DNA from: a virus
Lineage: Duplodnaviria > Caudoviricetes
DNA: 26,991 bases
Strand: one strand, 5' to 3'
IMG/VR virus record: IMGVR_UViG_3300032225_001492
Location: 1 to 26,991 of that record
This document shows positions 24,935 to 26,991 of this stretch, piece after piece (within the stretch, counting starts at the first letter, position 1; the number at the start of each line of letters is the position of its first letter). The position numbers were made by a program, and so were the translations under genes. Below the pieces are notes generated by a model that did no database searches, was not told the origin of the DNA, and worked only from the letters and a program-made list of their open reading frames with translations.

Positions 24935-25605
24935 CATTCACGTGCGAGTATTGCAAGAAAACGTTCATTAAAGAAACATCACTCATGGTGCATTCGTGCG
25001 AACCCAAACGCAGACGCTTGGCCCGAGACGAAGCAGGTGTGCGCATGGGATTCCAGGCCTATATCCGGTTCTATGAAACCATGCAAGGCTCGGCCAAGAA
25101 CAAAACACACGATGACTTTTGTGACTCGCCCTACTACCGAGCGTTTGTAAAATTTGGCAACTATTGTGTAAACACCCACGTGATTGCACCCCCACGTTTC
25201 ATGGCCTGGTTGTTGAAAGCACAAAAGAAAATTGACCACTGGTGCAGTGACAATGTGTACACAGAGTATCTAATAGAATATCTGCGTGTGGAAGCAGTGG
25301 ATGATGCCCTGGCTCGTGCAATAGAACACAGCATACGTTGGGCAGAAGAAACAGGCAATCCCCCACATGACTGGATGCGCTATGGTAACACCAACAGTTT
25401 ATGTTATGCTGTCACAGCAGGACGCATCTCACCTTGGGTGATTTACAATTCGGAATCAGGACAAAAGTTCTTGAGTGAACTCACAACAGAACAAGTGGCC
25501 ATGGTTTGGCCCTATATTGACTCGGATGCTTGGCAAAAGAAGTTCTCAAACTACCCAGCGGATCAAGAGTATGTGAAAGATATATTGAACAAAGCAGGAT
25601 GGTAA
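24931..25605 (+). CDS. Hypothetical protein with N-terminal zinc finger
   Basis: FTCEYCKKTF..ETSLMVHSC (C2HC-type finger). Confidence 0.8.
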   Translation: MTFTCEYCKKTFIKETSLMVHSCEPKRRRLARDEAGVRMGFQAYIRFYETMQGSAKNKTHDDFCDSPYYRAFVKFGNYCVNTHVIAPPRFMAWLLKAQKKIDHWCSDNVYTEYLIEYLRVEAVDDALARAIEHSIRWAEETGNPPHDWMRYGNTNSLCYAVTAGRISPWVIYNSESGQKFLSELTTEQVAMVWPYIDSDAWQKKFSNYPADQEYVKDILNKAGW

Positions 25606-25606
25606 C

Positions 25607-25975
25607 ATGATCAAAAATATAAATGTAGGAGCAGGACTCTCTATTCAAAACGGTTATTCGACCTGGCCTAGTTTCTATAACAATTCTGCATCAAACAGCA
25701 ATGCCTTGGTTGGTCAAATGCGTTACAATGGTTCAGCACAGTGTATCGAAGTGTATGATGGTATGACCTGGTTGAGCATGGGCACATCATTTCCCACGGT
25801 TGAACTCAACGGCGACGTACAGTTGATTCTAAACTGGGCAAGAATGAAGATGTCAGAAGAAGCACGAATTAAAGAACTTGCGGCCAAACACCCCGCTGTG
25901 GCAGATGCTTTACAAGCAGTGGCTCATGCTGAGGAACAAGTTCGTATTGTAACCGCACTGGTGGATACTGAATGA
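25607..25975 (+). CDS. Hypothetical protein
   Basis: 122 aa, SD AGGA; GQMRYN..IEVYDG..W motif and a helical C-terminus. Confidence 0.8.
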   Translation: MIKNINVGAGLSIQNGYSTWPSFYNNSASNSNALVGQMRYNGSAQCIEVYDGMTWLSMGTSFPTVELNGDVQLILNWARMKMSEEARIKELAAKHPAVADALQAVAHAEEQVRIVTALVDTE

Positions 25976-26541
25976 GCGCAGACATTGACATTGACTTTGC
26001 TGACAGAGAAACAGTGCTGAAGTTGATTCGGCACACACCTGCACGACAAAGCAATGGACGTAAACACAACTCGGGTGTGTATGTTACAGACATACCACAT
26101 GATCCGTTTGCAGGCTGTGCGGCCCTGGATTACGAAACTGCTGAATCTCGTGGCTATTTCAAACTAGACTTTTTGAACATGAGTGTGTATCAGTTGGTAA
26201 AAGATCCTGCACACTATGAAGAGATGCTGTCAGCTGCCCCACCTTGGGAACGGCTGTGGCAAGATGGACCTTGGGCCTCTCAACTGGTACACGTGGGCAA
26301 CTACATAGATTTACTAAAAGTAATGAAACCAGATTCCATACCCAGGATGGCTGCTTTTATTTCGATCATTCGCCCGGGCAAGGCACATTTACAAACACGC
26401 TCCTGGGCCGAAGTGTTTGCTAGTGTATGGGACGGGGACGATTCACAAGGCTACACATTTAAAAAGGCACATGCTGTCAGTTATGCGGCCCTGGTAGCAC
26501 TACATATGAATCTTACTAGTCCATCCGTCGCACAAGAGTAA
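25972..26541 (+). CDS. Miniature DnaE (DNA Pol III alpha) palm-like protein
   Basis: DIDIDF, HNSGVYV, GYFKLDFL, IRPG and GYTFKKAHAVSYA match the ordered C-family motifs within 189 aa. Confidence 0.85.
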   Translation: MSADIDIDFADRETVLKLIRHTPARQSNGRKHNSGVYVTDIPHDPFAGCAALDYETAESRGYFKLDFLNMSVYQLVKDPAHYEEMLSAAPPWERLWQDGPWASQLVHVGNYIDLLKVMKPDSIPRMAAFISIIRPGKAHLQTRSWAEVFASVWDGDDSQGYTFKKAHAVSYAALVALHMNLTSPSVAQE

Positions 26542-26893
26542 TTGATTTACGTTTGCTTTTCTTGCGCACTATGTCCAGCAAACTACAAGCAGGGCCGTGT
26601 AGTATTTCCAAATCTTTGTTGACAAAAGTTCGTAGCGTATAGCGGAACTGTTCCCAGTCTTTGCGTAAAAAGATGTTGATATGGATAGATCTATTGCTTT
26701 CCCACCACCAGGTACTTGCTAATTCTAGGAATAGTATCTTGGATTCTTGATCCAAGATACTTCCAAAGTCGTAGATGGTTGTAACAATATCGTCCCTGTT
26801 TTGTACCACACCCACATATTCTGCATTGGCATAAACGCACAATGTTATAAAAGGATATTTTTCTGTCAATTTTTCAAAAATATTGTTACCCAT
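26516..26893 (-). CDS. Hypothetical protein
   Basis: 125-aa ORF convergent with and overlapping the DnaE-like gene; WWWESNR motif and basic C-terminus. Confidence 0.8.
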   Translation of the reverse strand: MGNNIFEKLTEKYPFITLCVYANAEYVGVVQNRDDIVTTIYDFGSILDQESKILFLELASTWWWESNRSIHINIFLRKDWEQFRYTLRTFVNKDLEILHGPACSLLDIVRKKSKRKSITLVRRMD

Positions 26894-26913
26894 AAATACT
26901 TGCTGAGGATCCT

Positions 26914-26991
26914 ATGTATTCAACCACCGTTTACTTATACCAACAACTCGTCCGGGTACTTTTGATAGACACCAGTGGCGGATATTTTACA
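26914..26991 (+). CDS. Partial CDS (N-terminus MYSTTVYLYQQLVRVLLIDTSGGYFT...), probable late gene
   Basis: TAAATA 26893-26898, SD GAGGA, ATG 26914, open to the window end. Confidence 0.7.
   Translation, partial: MYSTTVYLYQQLVRVLLIDTSGGYFT

Noticed and set aside
71-26965. Numerous 60-145 aa ORFs in the track lying antisense or out of frame to long genes
   Set aside because: They are shadow ORFs within well-supported genes, with no start signals or motifs.
1-26991. Stop-codon reassignment, introns or inteins in core genes
   Set aside because: TerL, gp32, UvsX and UvsW are full length and uninterrupted in the standard code, and all three stop codons terminate genes.

Overview
This window is part of a large T4-like dsDNA tailed phage genome (standard genetic code). 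Core genes: gp17-type terminase large subunit, a probable head internal protein, gp32-type SSB, UvsX, UvsY, UvsW-like helicase, a gp62-like clamp-loader subunit and a 189-aa miniature DnaE-like protein. Accessory genes: two twitch/SPASM radical SAM enzymes, a ~9.5 kb glycosyltransferase/methyltransferase island (8806-18276), and three sigma70-driven early cassettes ending in an AAA+ ATPase operon. The most striking signals are non-coding. (i) A GC-clamped hairpin at the 3' end of the ATPase operon has a loop exactly complementary to that operon's own SD/start region. (ii) TAAATA late-promoter boxes lie 4-7 nt before start codons (leaderless), and two of them sit at the apex of hairpins that sequester the ATG. 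(iii) An AGTA-N-TACT palindrome precedes the early promoters. (iv) The SSB gene has a multi-hairpin leader containing a uORF. All product calls come from motif recognition by eye; no database searches or folding computations were run.
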